In this document: positions 39,521 through 49,418 of the stretch, one piece after another
How the letters are laid out: each line of letters opens with the position of its first letter
Position numbering within the stretch: the first letter of the stretch is position 1
Assembly: GCA_964474425.1 (NCBI GenBank)
Contig: CAYYTC010000022.1
Span: 1,486 to 65,485, forward strand
Reading direction: 5' to 3'
From: an uncultured Acidobacteriota bacterium
GTDB lineage: Bacteria > Acidobacteriota > UBA6911
Length of the DNA: 64,000 bases
Notes under the pieces: model-generated
The model's database searches: none
Told to the model about the DNA's origin: nothing
What the model saw: only the letters and a program-made list of their open reading frames with translations
Made by a program: the position numbers and the translations under genes

Positions 39521-41098
39521 TTGAATCGAGGGAGTTCCAGCCGGAATGCGGTTTTCGTGGGCGCGGGCATCTTGCTCAGCCGCATCATCGGGCTGGTGAG
39601 GGAGCGCCTGTTCGCCCACTACTTCGGGAATACGGACGCAGCCGACGCCTTCAAGGCCGCCCTGAAAATTCCGAACCTGCTTCAAAACCTCTTCGGCGAG
39701 GGAGCGCTGTCCTCCTCCTTCATCCCGGTCTACGCCAACCTTCTGGCATCCGGCAAGGAACAGGAAGCAAACCGCGTAGCCAAAGTCATCGGGTCCATTC
39801 TGGCCCTGGCGATGTCGGTGCTCGTTCTCGCGGGAGTGCTCGCAACACCGTTTCTGATAGATTTCATTGCTCCCGGATTTTCGGGCGTCAAGCGTGATTT
39901 TACCGTCCGGATGGTCCGGATCCTCTTCCCGGGTGTCGGGATCCTTGTGCTCTCCGCATGGTGCCTGGGAATCCTGAACAGCCATCGGCGATTTTTCCTC
40001 CCATATGCCGCTCCGGTGCTCTGGAATCTGGCCATGATCTGCGCGCTCCTCGGCTTCGGCGGAAGCTTTCAATCATACCCGCTGGCCGAGGTCGTGGCCT
40101 GGGGATCGGTCGCGGGAAGCGTTCTTCAGTTCGGAGTGCAAATTCCGTCGGTTCTGAAGCTGGCGGGGCGCATGCGTTTTCATGTTGAAATGGCTTCCCA
40201 AAACACCCGGACTGTCATACGGAATTTTTTGCCGGGGGTCGCGGGCCGGGGCGTGAACCAGGTTAGCAGTTATATAGATGCCATCCTGTGCAGTTTCCTT
40301 CCCACGGGGGCGGTGGCTGCGCTTGCGTATGTCCAGACGCTGTACCTTCTGCCCGTCAGCCTCTTCGGCATGTCCATTTCGAACGCCGAGTTGCCCGAGA
40401 TGGCGGGCCAGACCGGTTCGGCGGATGCCGTGTCGGAAGCTCTCCGCCGCCGTCTCAACGCGGCGCTGGAGCGGATCTCATTCTTCATTGTCCCTTCGGT
40501 AGCCGCTTTTCTGGCGCTGGGCGACAGCGTCGTTGCGCTTGTCTACCAGACAGGCAAGTTCACAAGAGGCGATGTGAAATACGTCTGGGCAGCGCTGGCA
40601 GGATATACCGTAGGACTTCTGGCGGCCACTTTAGGACGGCTGTACACTTCCGCCTTCTGGGCGCTGAGAGATACCCGCACTCCGCTTCGCTTCGCCGGCC
40701 TGAGAGTGGGATTGGCGGCGGCCCTGGGTTGGATGCTGGCTTTCCCGTTGCCAAAATGGCTCGGGCTATCTCCCCACCTGGGCCTTGTCGGGTTGACGAT
40801 AGCCGCGGGGCTCGCAGCCTGGATCGAATTCAGCCTCCTTCGTTCTTCGATGAACCGCAGAATCGGCAAGACGGGTTTGCAGCCTTCCTACCTGGCCAAG
40901 CTGTGGATCCTTGCCATCGCCGCGGCATGCGCAGCGTTCGCGGTCAAATTGCTGATACAAAGCATCCCTCCGCTGCTGTCCGGATCCGTAGTGCTTGCCG
41001 TATTCGGATCCGCGTTTTTCCTGGGTTCGGCCGCTCTGCGGATCCCCTGCGCACTCGATCTGCTTCAGTCCATTCATGCCAGGATAAGAAGAAGTTAG
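39521..41098 (+). CDS. murJ: Lipid II flippase MurJ (MviN family)
   Basis: N-terminal MurJ-like region RNAVFVGAGILLSRIIGLVRERLFAHYFG. 14 TM helices. Start assigned to TTG 39521, 7 nt after GAGGA. The ORF track shows a longer extension from 39362. Confidence 0.75.
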   Translation: MNRGSSSRNAVFVGAGILLSRIIGLVRERLFAHYFGNTDAADAFKAALKIPNLLQNLFGEGALSSSFIPVYANLLASGKEQEANRVAKVIGSILALAMSVLVLAGVLATPFLIDFIAPGFSGVKRDFTVRMVRILFPGVGILVLSAWCLGILNSHRRFFLPYAAPVLWNLAMICALLGFGGSFQSYPLAEVVAWGSVAGSVLQFGVQIPSVLKLAGRMRFHVEMASQNTRTVIRNFLPGVAGRGVNQVSSYIDAILCSFLPTGAVAALAYVQTLYLLPVSLFGMSISNAELPEMAGQTGSADAVSEALRRRLNAALERISFFIVPSVAAFLALGDSVVALVYQTGKFTRGDVKYVWAALAGYTVGLLAATLGRLYTSAFWALRDTRTPLRFAGLRVGLAAALGWMLAFPLPKWLGLSPHLGLVGLTIAAGLAAWIEFSLLRSSMNRRIGKTGLQPSYLAKLWILAIAAACAAFAVKLLIQSIPPLLSGSVVLAVFGSAFFLGSAALRIPCALDLLQSIHARIRRS

Positions 41099-41099
41099 C

Positions 41100-41209
41100 A
41101 GCCTGATAGATCCTTGATGAAACGCCGACGCACGCTGACATTCGCGCGGACAAACGCCGAAAAGGCCACTTCGACAGTCGGCGCTGGTCAGCGTTTCCAT
41201 CGGCTTACA
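41100..41209. repeat. Diverged fragment related to the family-A repeat
   Basis: acgctgacattcgcg...tcagcgtttcc...catcagcgttgatcc share the ACGCTGAC/TCAGCG motifs of family A. Confidence 0.35.
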
Positions 41210-41788
41210 TCAGCGTTGATCCGCAAAAGCAGATGAAGCTTTGAGCTTTGGCTGCAGTGCTTTGAACTCCTCGGTCCCGGCGCGGCGCAGCCATTCGAAA
41301 ACCGCCGCTTCCGTCGTGGTAAGGACCAGCCCGGCCTGGCTCAACCTTTGAAGGGCAATCTGCGCATCGAGAGGCCTGCGGGATGAGGTTGCATCGGCAA
41401 CGACGAAAATCCTTTTCCCGCCGGCGGCCAGATCCATCGCTGTCTGGGCGACACAGATGTGAGTTTCAATGCCTGCCAGCAAAACCTGATCGCGTTCGAG
41501 CGACGCAAGCTTCTCTTCAAAGCCGGGCGCGGGAAAGCACGAAAAGTCCATCTTGGCCAGGGGTTGAACCTCGGGTATAAGCCGGCGGATTTCGCCGATG
41601 GTGGGACCCAGCCCCCGCGGGTTCTGCTCGGTCAGAAGTATGGGAACGCCGAGGAGCTTCGCGGCGGTCAACAAAAGGTCAATCTTTGCGAGCACTCGCT
41701 GGTGTTCGTGGATGTTAGGGAACAACCGCTCCTGGACATCAATAAGCACCACGGCACTGCGGCCTCGATCCAACAGTTCAGCCTTCAT
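41210..41788 (-). CDS. Isochorismatase-family cysteine hydrolase
   Basis: Isochorismatase-like fold with catalytic Cys context (VVLIDVQ...; GIETHICVAQTA). Confidence 0.75.
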   Translation of the reverse strand: MKAELLDRGRSAVVLIDVQERLFPNIHEHQRVLAKIDLLLTAAKLLGVPILLTEQNPRGLGPTIGEIRRLIPEVQPLAKMDFSCFPAPGFEEKLASLERDQVLLAGIETHICVAQTAMDLAAGGKRIFVVADATSSRRPLDAQIALQRLSQAGLVLTTTEAAVFEWLRRAGTEEFKALQPKLKASSAFADQR

Positions 41789-41898
41789 TGTATTTTTCCC
41801 CCGGTCTTTATAAGTAACACAGGACCACGCTCCCTCCGACAGAATTTGTGGCCAGGAATGGGTCCCATGGATTAATCTATTGGAGTTCTTAAAGGAGA

Positions 41899-42654
41899 AT
41901 GACAGTGAAAAGGATCGTACTTCTAAGACACGGAGAGAGCGTCTGGAATAAAGAAAACCTGTTTACAGGCTGGACCGACGTGGACCTCAGTGAAAAGGGG
42001 ACCCAGGAAGCCATCGATGCCGGACGGCTTCTACGATCCGAGGGATACGTTTTCGATGTTGCATTCACATCCGTGTTGAAACGGGCGATCCGGACTTTGT
42101 GGATTACGCTGGAGCAAATGGACCTCATGTGGATCCCTGTCCATAACAGCTGGCGTCTGAACGAGAGGCATTACGGCGCGCTCCAGGGTCTAAACAAGGT
42201 CGCCATGGTGGATCGTTTCGGCGCGGAACAGGTCCAACTCTGGCGCCGGAGCTACGACATCCGCCCGCCCGATCTCAGCCTGGACGACGAACGCTCGCCG
42301 GCAAAGGATCCCCGTTATGCACAGCTTAAAAAAGAGGAGATCCCTCCGGCCGAGTGTCTCAAGGACACGGTCGCGCGCGTACTTCCCTATTGGCTGGACA
42401 CCATAGCCCCGGTCGTCCGATCCGGGCAGCGCGTCATCGTGTCGGCGCACGGCAACAGCATGCGAGCTCTGGTAAAGTATCTCGACAAAATTCCGGATGA
42501 AGAGATCGCGGCGCTGAACATCCCCACGGGCATCCCGATGGTCTATGAATTCAGCGACGATATGCTGCCGATCCGCCGCTATTACCTTGGAGATCCGGAA
42601 GCCGTCAAGAAGGCAGAGCAAGCCGTCGCCAACCAGACGAACAAGAAAAAGTAG
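41899..42654 (+). CDS. gpmA: 2,3-bisphosphoglycerate-dependent phosphoglycerate mutase
   Basis: [18 protein letters not shown] signature, [15 protein letters not shown]. Confidence 0.9.
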   Translation: MTVKRIVLLRHGESVWNKENLFTGWTDVDLSEKGTQEAIDAGRLLRSEGYVFDVAFTSVLKRAIRTLWITLEQMDLMWIPVHNSWRLNERHYGALQGLNKVAMVDRFGAEQVQLWRRSYDIRPPDLSLDDERSPAKDPRYAQLKKEEIPPAECLKDTVARVLPYWLDTIAPVVRSGQRVIVSAHGNSMRALVKYLDKIPDEEIAALNIPTGIPMVYEFSDDMLPIRRYYLGDPEAVKKAEQAVANQTNKKK

Positions 42655-42731
42655 AGGCCGCCAAAAAAATTGTTTCAAAACCGGTTAAAGGCAGAAGGCA
42701 CGCTTCGCCGGCAGCTTTTGAAGCAGCCTTG

Positions 42732-44507
42732 TTAAACGGCGGGGGCTTCGGGCAGGTCTCCGGTGTCTGCCCGCAGGTATTTCTGGAGCTGCGGCCGTAT
42801 CGTGGCCAGGAGTTCCTTGCGGCTTTTTATTCTGAGTGGGACACCCGGGTACAGCTTGCCCATGCGTGCCATGAGGCTCTCCGGCAGAATGCCCGAGAAC
42901 AACAGCAGCGGCCATGTAAACCTCGGTCCGTTAAGTTTGCGCAATTTGAAGAGCCACAGTCCGAAGGCACCCAGTTTCCAGATAACGGGCGCCCACCATT
43001 TGAACTGGGCCGCACGCAGGTTCATCTTCCAGCATTTCATCATCAATTGCCATTGCAGCGCGGTCAGCTGACGGGTCTCGGCCACCCCTTCCGTTTCGGC
43101 CATCCCGGTGTCGTGCAGAGGCGTGAATATCGACGGGATGAAAAAAGCAAAGAGATTCCTGCGTTCCGCCTCATAAACAAGGTCCAGCGTGGCCTTCGTA
43201 TCATCATCCGTCTCTCCGGGGCTGCCGATAATAAGGGTCACCACCGGAAACCAATTGTTGCGGTTCATGATTGTCAGACCCTGGATGAAGACACTCGGCC
43301 ATTCTTCGATGGGAAACGGCGCGGACTTACCCGGCATGATCTGTTTCGCAAGGCGGACAGATGCCGTCTCGAGGCCTATCAGAGGCGACAGCATTTTTTG
43401 GTCCGGGTGGCTGCTGTAACTCGGCAGATGGATGGGGCTTTTTTTCAGAAGAATCTCCGATAGCTTCTCGATCAGGACGGGATCCACCACGGCAGGGGCC
43501 ATGGTGCTATGGCTCAGCACGTGCTGTTCCACTCCCGGGGTGTTTACGATCTCCGAGTACAGGTCCAGCAACGCTTCCCGGTTCGGGAAATAAAACGGCT
43601 TGTTCGTATGCACCTGTCCCCAGATGAACAGGTCCTCGGTCGCCAACGATACTTGTTTGTTTCCGTTCCGGACGTTGGATCGGACCGCGTCCATAATCTT
43701 CTCTTTGGGCAATTCCATCTGGGGGCTTAAATCAGGCAGGCAGAATTTGCATCTTCGCCCGCATCCGGTGGTCATTTCCACCACTCCGAATGTGGTTCGT
43801 TTGGCGGGGAGAAGGATGCTCTGAACCTCCCTGGGATGGGCGACCTCAATGTTCTGCGGCAGGTTCTCCCCGGCGACCGCCTTACGGAACAGATCCAGGG
43901 TTTCCTCCGATTCGCTTCGTCCCTCCACCACACAGTCGATGCCCAACTCGCCGTGGCTGCGGGTCTCGGTGATCTGCCAGGCTCCCGATCCGCCCACGAT
44001 TACTTTGAAGTTTTTATGCCAGGGGCTTTCCTGAAGGGTCTGGAACAATTGCCGGCTGTAATGGGAATTGATCGGGTTTTTGGAGGTGCCAAATACAGAA
44101 GCGTAAACGCCGGCCGCAAAAGTGACCCCCAGCGGATTGTGGGTGGAGACGGCCACGACCCGAGTTCTCGGGCCCAGGAACTTGTGAACGTCGTCCGGAT
44201 AACAGGCGATGATGTCTTCCGGCGGGAGAATGCGGAGCAGCGATGCTTCCAGTGTCCTTATGCCTGCCGGCATGGATCGTGCCGACCCGTCTTCTTCACG
44301 CTCAAGTTCGCGCCATCGCGGATACCGCCGGTTCATGACCCCTTCCATCCAGACCGGCATCGAGGCCATGGCCATTTGGATAAAAAAGCCGGCATGATCT
44401 ATGATTTCCGTCAATGGAGCCGTCAATACAACAAGCCTTCCTCCATCGCGTGAGGGAGGGACCGATTTATCTTCAACCTGGACGTCCTGTGTCGGAGGAA
44501 TTGTCAT
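42732..44507 (-). CDS. B12-binding-domain radical SAM enzyme (class B)
   Basis: N-terminal B12-binding-like domain. CGRRCKFC (CX3CX2C) motif. 591 aa. Confidence 0.7.
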   Translation of the reverse strand: MTIPPTQDVQVEDKSVPPSRDGGRLVVLTAPLTEIIDHAGFFIQMAMASMPVWMEGVMNRRYPRWRELEREEDGSARSMPAGIRTLEASLLRILPPEDIIACYPDDVHKFLGPRTRVVAVSTHNPLGVTFAAGVYASVFGTSKNPINSHYSRQLFQTLQESPWHKNFKVIVGGSGAWQITETRSHGELGIDCVVEGRSESEETLDLFRKAVAGENLPQNIEVAHPREVQSILLPAKRTTFGVVEMTTGCGRRCKFCLPDLSPQMELPKEKIMDAVRSNVRNGNKQVSLATEDLFIWGQVHTNKPFYFPNREALLDLYSEIVNTPGVEQHVLSHSTMAPAVVDPVLIEKLSEILLKKSPIHLPSYSSHPDQKMLSPLIGLETASVRLAKQIMPGKSAPFPIEEWPSVFIQGLTIMNRNNWFPVVTLIIGSPGETDDDTKATLDLVYEAERRNLFAFFIPSIFTPLHDTGMAETEGVAETRQLTALQWQLMMKCWKMNLRAAQFKWWAPVIWKLGAFGLWLFKLRKLNGPRFTWPLLLFSGILPESLMARMGKLYPGVPLRIKSRKELLATIRPQLQKYLRADTGDLPEAPAV

Positions 44508-44957
44508 TCAGCACTCGTTGGAGCTGCGTCGGGGCGGCATCGAAAAGTACTTTCTATAGTGGTCCGGCAGCCGGGCCGGACGGCATTGCGCATTGGCAAC
44601 CACATGAGCCGTCTCTCCCGTGGCGAGCAGACGGCCGCTGGATTTTTCGCAGATTTCGTATTGATAGCGGATTACCCTGTCGGTAGCTTTGGCCAGTGAT
44701 GTCCGTACCAGAATATCCTCCGCAAAATGGGCCGGGGCCTTGTATCGGCAGGTCGCTTCCGCAACCATCAGGAACCGCTGGTCCCTGGACTCCATTTCGG
44801 CGTAGTGAAATCCCTTTGCTCTGCACCACGCGACTCTGCCGACCTCGAACCAGACCAGGTAGTTGGCATAATAGACAATTCCCATTGGGTCGGTTTCCGC
44901 GTAGCGGACACTCACCACAGTTTCGACAAAATCCCCGTTCGCAGTATCTTTGCTCAT
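44508..44957 (-). CDS. Acyl-CoA thioesterase (4HBT/YbgC hot-dog fold)
   Basis: VRYAETDPMGIVYYANYLVWFEVGR hot-dog signature. Its stop abuts the start of the radical SAM gene. Confidence 0.75.
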   Translation of the reverse strand: MSKDTANGDFVETVVSVRYAETDPMGIVYYANYLVWFEVGRVAWCRAKGFHYAEMESRDQRFLMVAEATCRYKAPAHFAEDILVRTSLAKATDRVIRYQYEICEKSSGRLLATGETAHVVANAQCRPARLPDHYRKYFSMPPRRSSNEC

Positions 44958-45115
44958 CCGCGATTATCCCGGGCAGGCATCATACCACCTTCAGAAAAGA
45001 TTTGTGCAGGTTTTGCACAACAGGCCGGCAAGCCACGATGCCCCATGGTTCGTCAGCTATCACAGAGCGCGGTCTCCAATCACTTCCCTGGTATATTTCA
45101 CCCCGAGTGTCTAGA

Positions 45116-46351
45116 ATGGTGCGGTTCCGGGAAAAGTATCTTTTGGAATTCATGGCTATGTTCTCAAGAATTGCGGCGAAACTTCATGGGGAGGCGAATG
45201 CCCTCTACCGGCTTCGTGATGCTCTTACGTCTGAGGGGCGCGCCATATGCGATTTCGTTTCAGGCAACATCAACGATCACGGATATTTTTTCCCCCGGGA
45301 GCTACTGGAAGAAATTCTTTTGCAGGCATCCCGGCGGTGCCGCATCTATCGTCCGGATTCCTTCGGCCAGGGAGCCGCGCGAGAGGCGGTGGCCAGCTAT
45401 TACCGTGCCGGCGGCCTTGAGGTGGATCCGGGGTGCATACTGATCACGCCCGGCACCAGCCTGTCTTACTGGTATTGCTTCAAGCTTCTGGCGGACGAGG
45501 GGGATGAGATTCTTTGTCCCTGCCCATCCTACCCCCTCTTTGACTACATCGCCCTGCTGAGCGGGATAAGACTCGTTCCCTACCGGCTCGACGAATCCCG
45601 GAACTGGGCCGTAGACGTAGATCAGCTGGAAGCCTGCGTATCCACCCGGACGCGGGCCCTGGTTTTGATCTCTCCCCATAATCCAACAGGGCACGTCGCT
45701 TCGGCCGATGAGATCGGCGGGTTGGCCGATGTGGCGCGCCGCCATGAACTGGCGATCATCAGCGACGAGGTGTTCGGCGATTTCCTGCTTCAGGACGGGT
45801 CCCTGCCGCGTCCCGCCGGATGCCCGGCGCCGCTGGTTTTCACCCTTAACGGCTTTTCCAAAATGTTCGCCCTGCCGGGGCTCAAATTCGGTTGGATGGC
45901 CGTGACGGGCGATCCGGAACCGGTCCGGCGTGCTCTGCGCTCTCTGGAGCTGATTTCGGACACATTTCTCCCGGTGAACGAAATCGTTCAGGCCGCCGCA
46001 CCCGAAATCATGCAGCGCGGCAGGGACATTCGGATGGAGTTTGCCCGGCGGATACGCGGGTGCTGGGAATGCATGGAGGAATTTCTCCCGCTCTCCCCAT
46101 ATTGCAGCTGTGTCAAACCCCAAGGCGGCTTTTATGCGACTTTGCGCCTGGATGGGGTGGATGAGGAGAGGGCAGCGGAAGCCATTTTATGTGAAAAAAA
46201 CATGCTCGTACACCCGGGTTACTTCTATGACATGAGTCCCGACCACCTGGTCCTGAGCTTTGTGCAGGAGCAGGAGGCACTCAGGGATTCTCTCCCGGGA
46301 ATGATGGAAACACTCAACCGATTGGCCATCCGGCCGGAGGCACGCGAATGA
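45116..46351 (+). CDS. PLP-dependent aminotransferase (class I/II)
   Basis: Fold-type I motifs (SNPTGHV-like ISPHNPTGHV; SFSKMFALPGLKFGW with the PLP lysine). The start is uncertain (ATG at 45116/45152/45158). Confidence 0.75.
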   Translation: MVRFREKYLLEFMAMFSRIAAKLHGEANALYRLRDALTSEGRAICDFVSGNINDHGYFFPRELLEEILLQASRRCRIYRPDSFGQGAAREAVASYYRAGGLEVDPGCILITPGTSLSYWYCFKLLADEGDEILCPCPSYPLFDYIALLSGIRLVPYRLDESRNWAVDVDQLEACVSTRTRALVLISPHNPTGHVASADEIGGLADVARRHELAIISDEVFGDFLLQDGSLPRPAGCPAPLVFTLNGFSKMFALPGLKFGWMAVTGDPEPVRRALRSLELISDTFLPVNEIVQAAAPEIMQRGRDIRMEFARRIRGCWECMEEFLPLSPYCSCVKPQGGFYATLRLDGVDEERAAEAILCEKNMLVHPGYFYDMSPDHLVLSFVQEQEALRDSLPGMMETLNRLAIRPEARE

Positions 46352-47139
46352 CAGCAGAAACCGGGAGCCAGACCCCCCAAAAATATGTACGCTACCGCCA
46401 TCAGGGCAGGATTTCATACGGGATTCTGGATGGAGAAACCGTGAGAGAGATCCGCGGCGGCCTGTTCGGAGACCGCAACGAAACAGGTGCTTCAGCGGCC
46501 CTGAACGCCGTTCAGATACTATGGCCGTGTGAACCATCCAAAATCATGGCCGTCGGATTGAATTACAGAAGCCATATTCCCAACCGGCCGATCCCCAAAA
46601 ATCCTGAATTCTTCTTCGTTCCGACTTCAGCCCTGCTGGAGCCTGGGGGAAGGATCGTGCTTCCTGCGGATTCCAAACAGGTTCACTACGAAGGCGAGCT
46701 GGTAATCGTCATCGGCCGGGTAACGCGGCGTGTCACAGCGTCCGAGGCGAATGAGTGCATTTTCGGATTTACCTGCGGGCATGACGTCAGCGAACGCGAC
46801 TGGCAGAAAAACGACCTGCAGTGGTGGCGCGCCAAAGGCTGCGACACTTTCTCGCCCATGGGGCCCGCCATCGCCACGGGCTTCGACTGGCGCCGGGGCC
46901 GTGTCGAAACCCATGTTAACGGGGCCGTTGTGCAGTCCGGAAATTTTACCGAGCTGATCTACGACCCGCCCGCTCTGGTGAGTTTTGCGAGCCAGTATCT
47001 TACGCTTCTTCCAGGGGACGTCCTTTACACGGGCACGCCCGGGAGCACCAGTGAACTGCACCCGGGAGATCTGGTGGAAGTTGAGATCCCGGGCATAGGG
47101 ATCCTGCGCAACACCGTTTCTGCATCCGAGGCCGATTGA
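46348..47139 (+). CDS. Fumarylacetoacetate hydrolase (FAH) family protein
   Basis: FAH-family motifs (GLNYRSH; EGELVIVIG; GTPGS). The start overlaps the aminotransferase stop. Confidence 0.8.
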   Translation: MTAETGSQTPQKYVRYRHQGRISYGILDGETVREIRGGLFGDRNETGASAALNAVQILWPCEPSKIMAVGLNYRSHIPNRPIPKNPEFFFVPTSALLEPGGRIVLPADSKQVHYEGELVIVIGRVTRRVTASEANECIFGFTCGHDVSERDWQKNDLQWWRAKGCDTFSPMGPAIATGFDWRRGRVETHVNGAVVQSGNFTELIYDPPALVSFASQYLTLLPGDVLYTGTPGSTSELHPGDLVEVEIPGIGILRNTVSASEAD

Positions 47140-47223
47140 GCCGAAAAGCGGAACCAACCCCCTGAGATCGATATCGGCGCGGGTTTTTCGACGGCGCTAG
47201 GATTCATCGCGGGCCTACCCGGG

Positions 47224-48618
47224 CTATTCCTCAAACTTGAATGCCGCGCCCAGCTTTTTGGCGATGCGGTCCTTGATCCAGTGACCGTCCCACCATTCTA
47301 CCGGATCCACAGGAAGCCCTTGGAGAAGAGTGCAGAAGTGCAGGTGATCGCCTCCGGCCAGGCCGGTTTCCCCCGTCCTCCCTATGATGTCTCCCCGGGC
47401 GACCTTTTGTCCCTCAGTCACCGCTATAGAGGAAAGATGGCCGTAAATCGACTGCAGCCCGTATCCGTGATCGATCACGACAGCGTTGCCGTAAATGCCG
47501 AAAAATTTGGCATAGGCGACGATGCCGCTGTTGGCAGCGGGAATCGGCGCCTGCTTGGTGACAGCGAGATCATATCCGAGATGAACCTGGTGATCGATGG
47601 TCCGTCCCTGATACTGGTAAGTTCTTCGTTCCGCAAAGGCGGCCATTACCTTGCCGTTGGGCATCATGACAAAAGGCCGGCTCCATAAAAATTCAGACTT
47701 GGATTTTGCGGCGAGCGATTTAAGCGCTATGTCATTTAGATGGCGCAGGTCCCTGTTGATGGCCAGGTAGTTCTCCAGCGGATTCCCCCGATCTTTGATT
47801 TCAGGAGTTTGCGACAAAATTTCCGGCACAACCTTGGCGAAAAAAGCATCGCTGACATCTAGGGTGTCCGACTTGATCGGCTTCGGAAAAAATTTCTCGA
47901 TGAATCCGACCTCGGCCCGGTTCCCCGCTGCGTCTTCGGCTGCCAGCCGCACGTCAGCCTGCGCCATATCATAGGGTACGGCGAAAATGGCAAAGCGGTC
48001 CTGCTTCCCTCCCCCGGGCAAAGGGTAACCCGGGAACCAATAGCTGCCGGACCGCACTCCGTCCTTCGTCGCCGTATTTCCAACCCGATAGGTAACAGCT
48101 TCACATCCGCCTTGAGCCACATATGTCTGGATGGAGGTCAATTGAATGGACGGCGGAGTAAGCTGGACAGGCAAACTGATTTCTTCGATCGTGGGATTGG
48201 GATGCCTGAGCCAGGTGCCCGCCCTGTCCGCAGTCACACGGATTGTGGCGGTTCCTCCGGTCAAACTCGATACGGCATCGCGCCCTGCCTCGACCTGCAG
48301 CACATCTTTGGGTGTCTTGGGGCCCCAGAAGGAAAGATGAGAACCATAGGCGTAGCTCTTTTCCGCGAGCGTCGATGCCTTGCCGTCCTGAACCAGCTCG
48401 ATTTTTACGTGCGTCAATCCCCTCCGGGGTTCAGAGGCCTCGATTTTCACCGGCGTACGCTTCCCTATTACGGGCGTGCGCGGCTCGATTTTTATGTCGG
48501 CGTCGCCTCCGGCACGGAAAATCTCCATTGCGAAAAATGCCAGCAAGATTACGAGTACGGCAATTGAAGCTATCTTCAGGGAACAACCCGTTCGGAACCT
48601 GTCATCAGCCATTTTCAT
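47224..48618 (-). CDS. M23/LytM-family metallopeptidase, membrane anchored
   Basis: N-terminal TM segment. C-terminal LytM domain (HQVHLGYDLA; GETGLAGGDHLHF). Confidence 0.8.
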   Translation of the reverse strand: MKMADDRFRTGCSLKIASIAVLVILLAFFAMEIFRAGGDADIKIEPRTPVIGKRTPVKIEASEPRRGLTHVKIELVQDGKASTLAEKSYAYGSHLSFWGPKTPKDVLQVEAGRDAVSSLTGGTATIRVTADRAGTWLRHPNPTIEEISLPVQLTPPSIQLTSIQTYVAQGGCEAVTYRVGNTATKDGVRSGSYWFPGYPLPGGGKQDRFAIFAVPYDMAQADVRLAAEDAAGNRAEVGFIEKFFPKPIKSDTLDVSDAFFAKVVPEILSQTPEIKDRGNPLENYLAINRDLRHLNDIALKSLAAKSKSEFLWSRPFVMMPNGKVMAAFAERRTYQYQGRTIDHQVHLGYDLAVTKQAPIPAANSGIVAYAKFFGIYGNAVVIDHGYGLQSIYGHLSSIAVTEGQKVARGDIIGRTGETGLAGGDHLHFCTLLQGLPVDPVEWWDGHWIKDRIAKKLGAAFKFEE

Positions 48619-48893
48619 CCCATCGCCTCTCTCGGATTTCACCCGGCAGTTTATCATCCCGCAAGCTCATTTTGTCCAATCAAGTTTCAGTAGCAGGATC
48701 GAATTGGGAAGGCAAAATGTCAAACATATCCCAATGAACGCCGACGAACGCTTATAGAAGGTACTATTTTCCCCAGCGTTCGTCGGCGTTTTCGTTCGCA
48801 CAAATTGCCGCCCGATATGGCGTCCTGGCTCTGCCAGCTACGGGAGGCAATTCCCGGTTCATGTTCAATGCCGATTGTTAATACAGTCCGGGA

Positions 48894-48922
48894 TTGCCCT
48901 ATCCTGTTTCTCAAGGTAGAAT
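48894..48922 (+). promoter_or_regulatory. Putative sigma70 promoter TTGCCC-17-TAGAAT for the downstream lipoprotein gene
   Basis: Near-consensus -35/-10 hexamers with a 17-bp spacer, ~55 nt upstream of the AAGGAGA RBS and ATG at 48981. Confidence 0.35.
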
Positions 48923-48980
48923 CGGTTTACTGGGAGTTGTAAGAGTATTTGTTCAAGGAACCAGGCATAAGGAGACAGCG

Positions 48981-49334
48981 ATGACAAGATTCTGCACGGC
49001 TATTTTACTCGTTCTGTTGCTCCTGCTTTCTTTCGGCTGCTCTTCCATCCCTTCCGGTACCGAACGGATCGCCGACCTTCAAGAGAACGGAGCGGCACGG
49101 ATCGGCCAGGGCGTCGTAGTTGTCGGGATGGCGGACAACAAAAACCCTCTTTCCTCATTCAGGATGATCAAGGTTTATCAGAATGCGGATTTCATCTGGG
49201 TTGTGCTTCCGGAAGGGGCAGAAGAGCCTCCTCAGGGAATGAACATCCGGGTTGCCGGGACCTTTCAGCAGAAGGAATTCAACGTTATAGGAAAAGTCTT
49301 CTGCATCGAGGCCACAAAAATCACCATGGAGTAG
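48981..49334 (+). CDS. Small lipoprotein of unknown function
   Basis: Lipobox LLSFGCSS after a hydrophobic signal. AAGGAGA RBS. Confidence 0.55.
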   Translation: MTRFCTAILLVLLLLLSFGCSSIPSGTERIADLQENGAARIGQGVVVVGMADNKNPLSSFRMIKVYQNADFIWVVLPEGAEEPPQGMNIRVAGTFQQKEFNVIGKVFCIEATKITME

Positions 49335-49418
49335 CCGCCTTTCGGCCCGCTTCCAAGGCGCGCTCATCCTGATTGCGGATCATCACTCCGGCGTCCGATC
49401 GAAAACTGCGCAGGCCCT

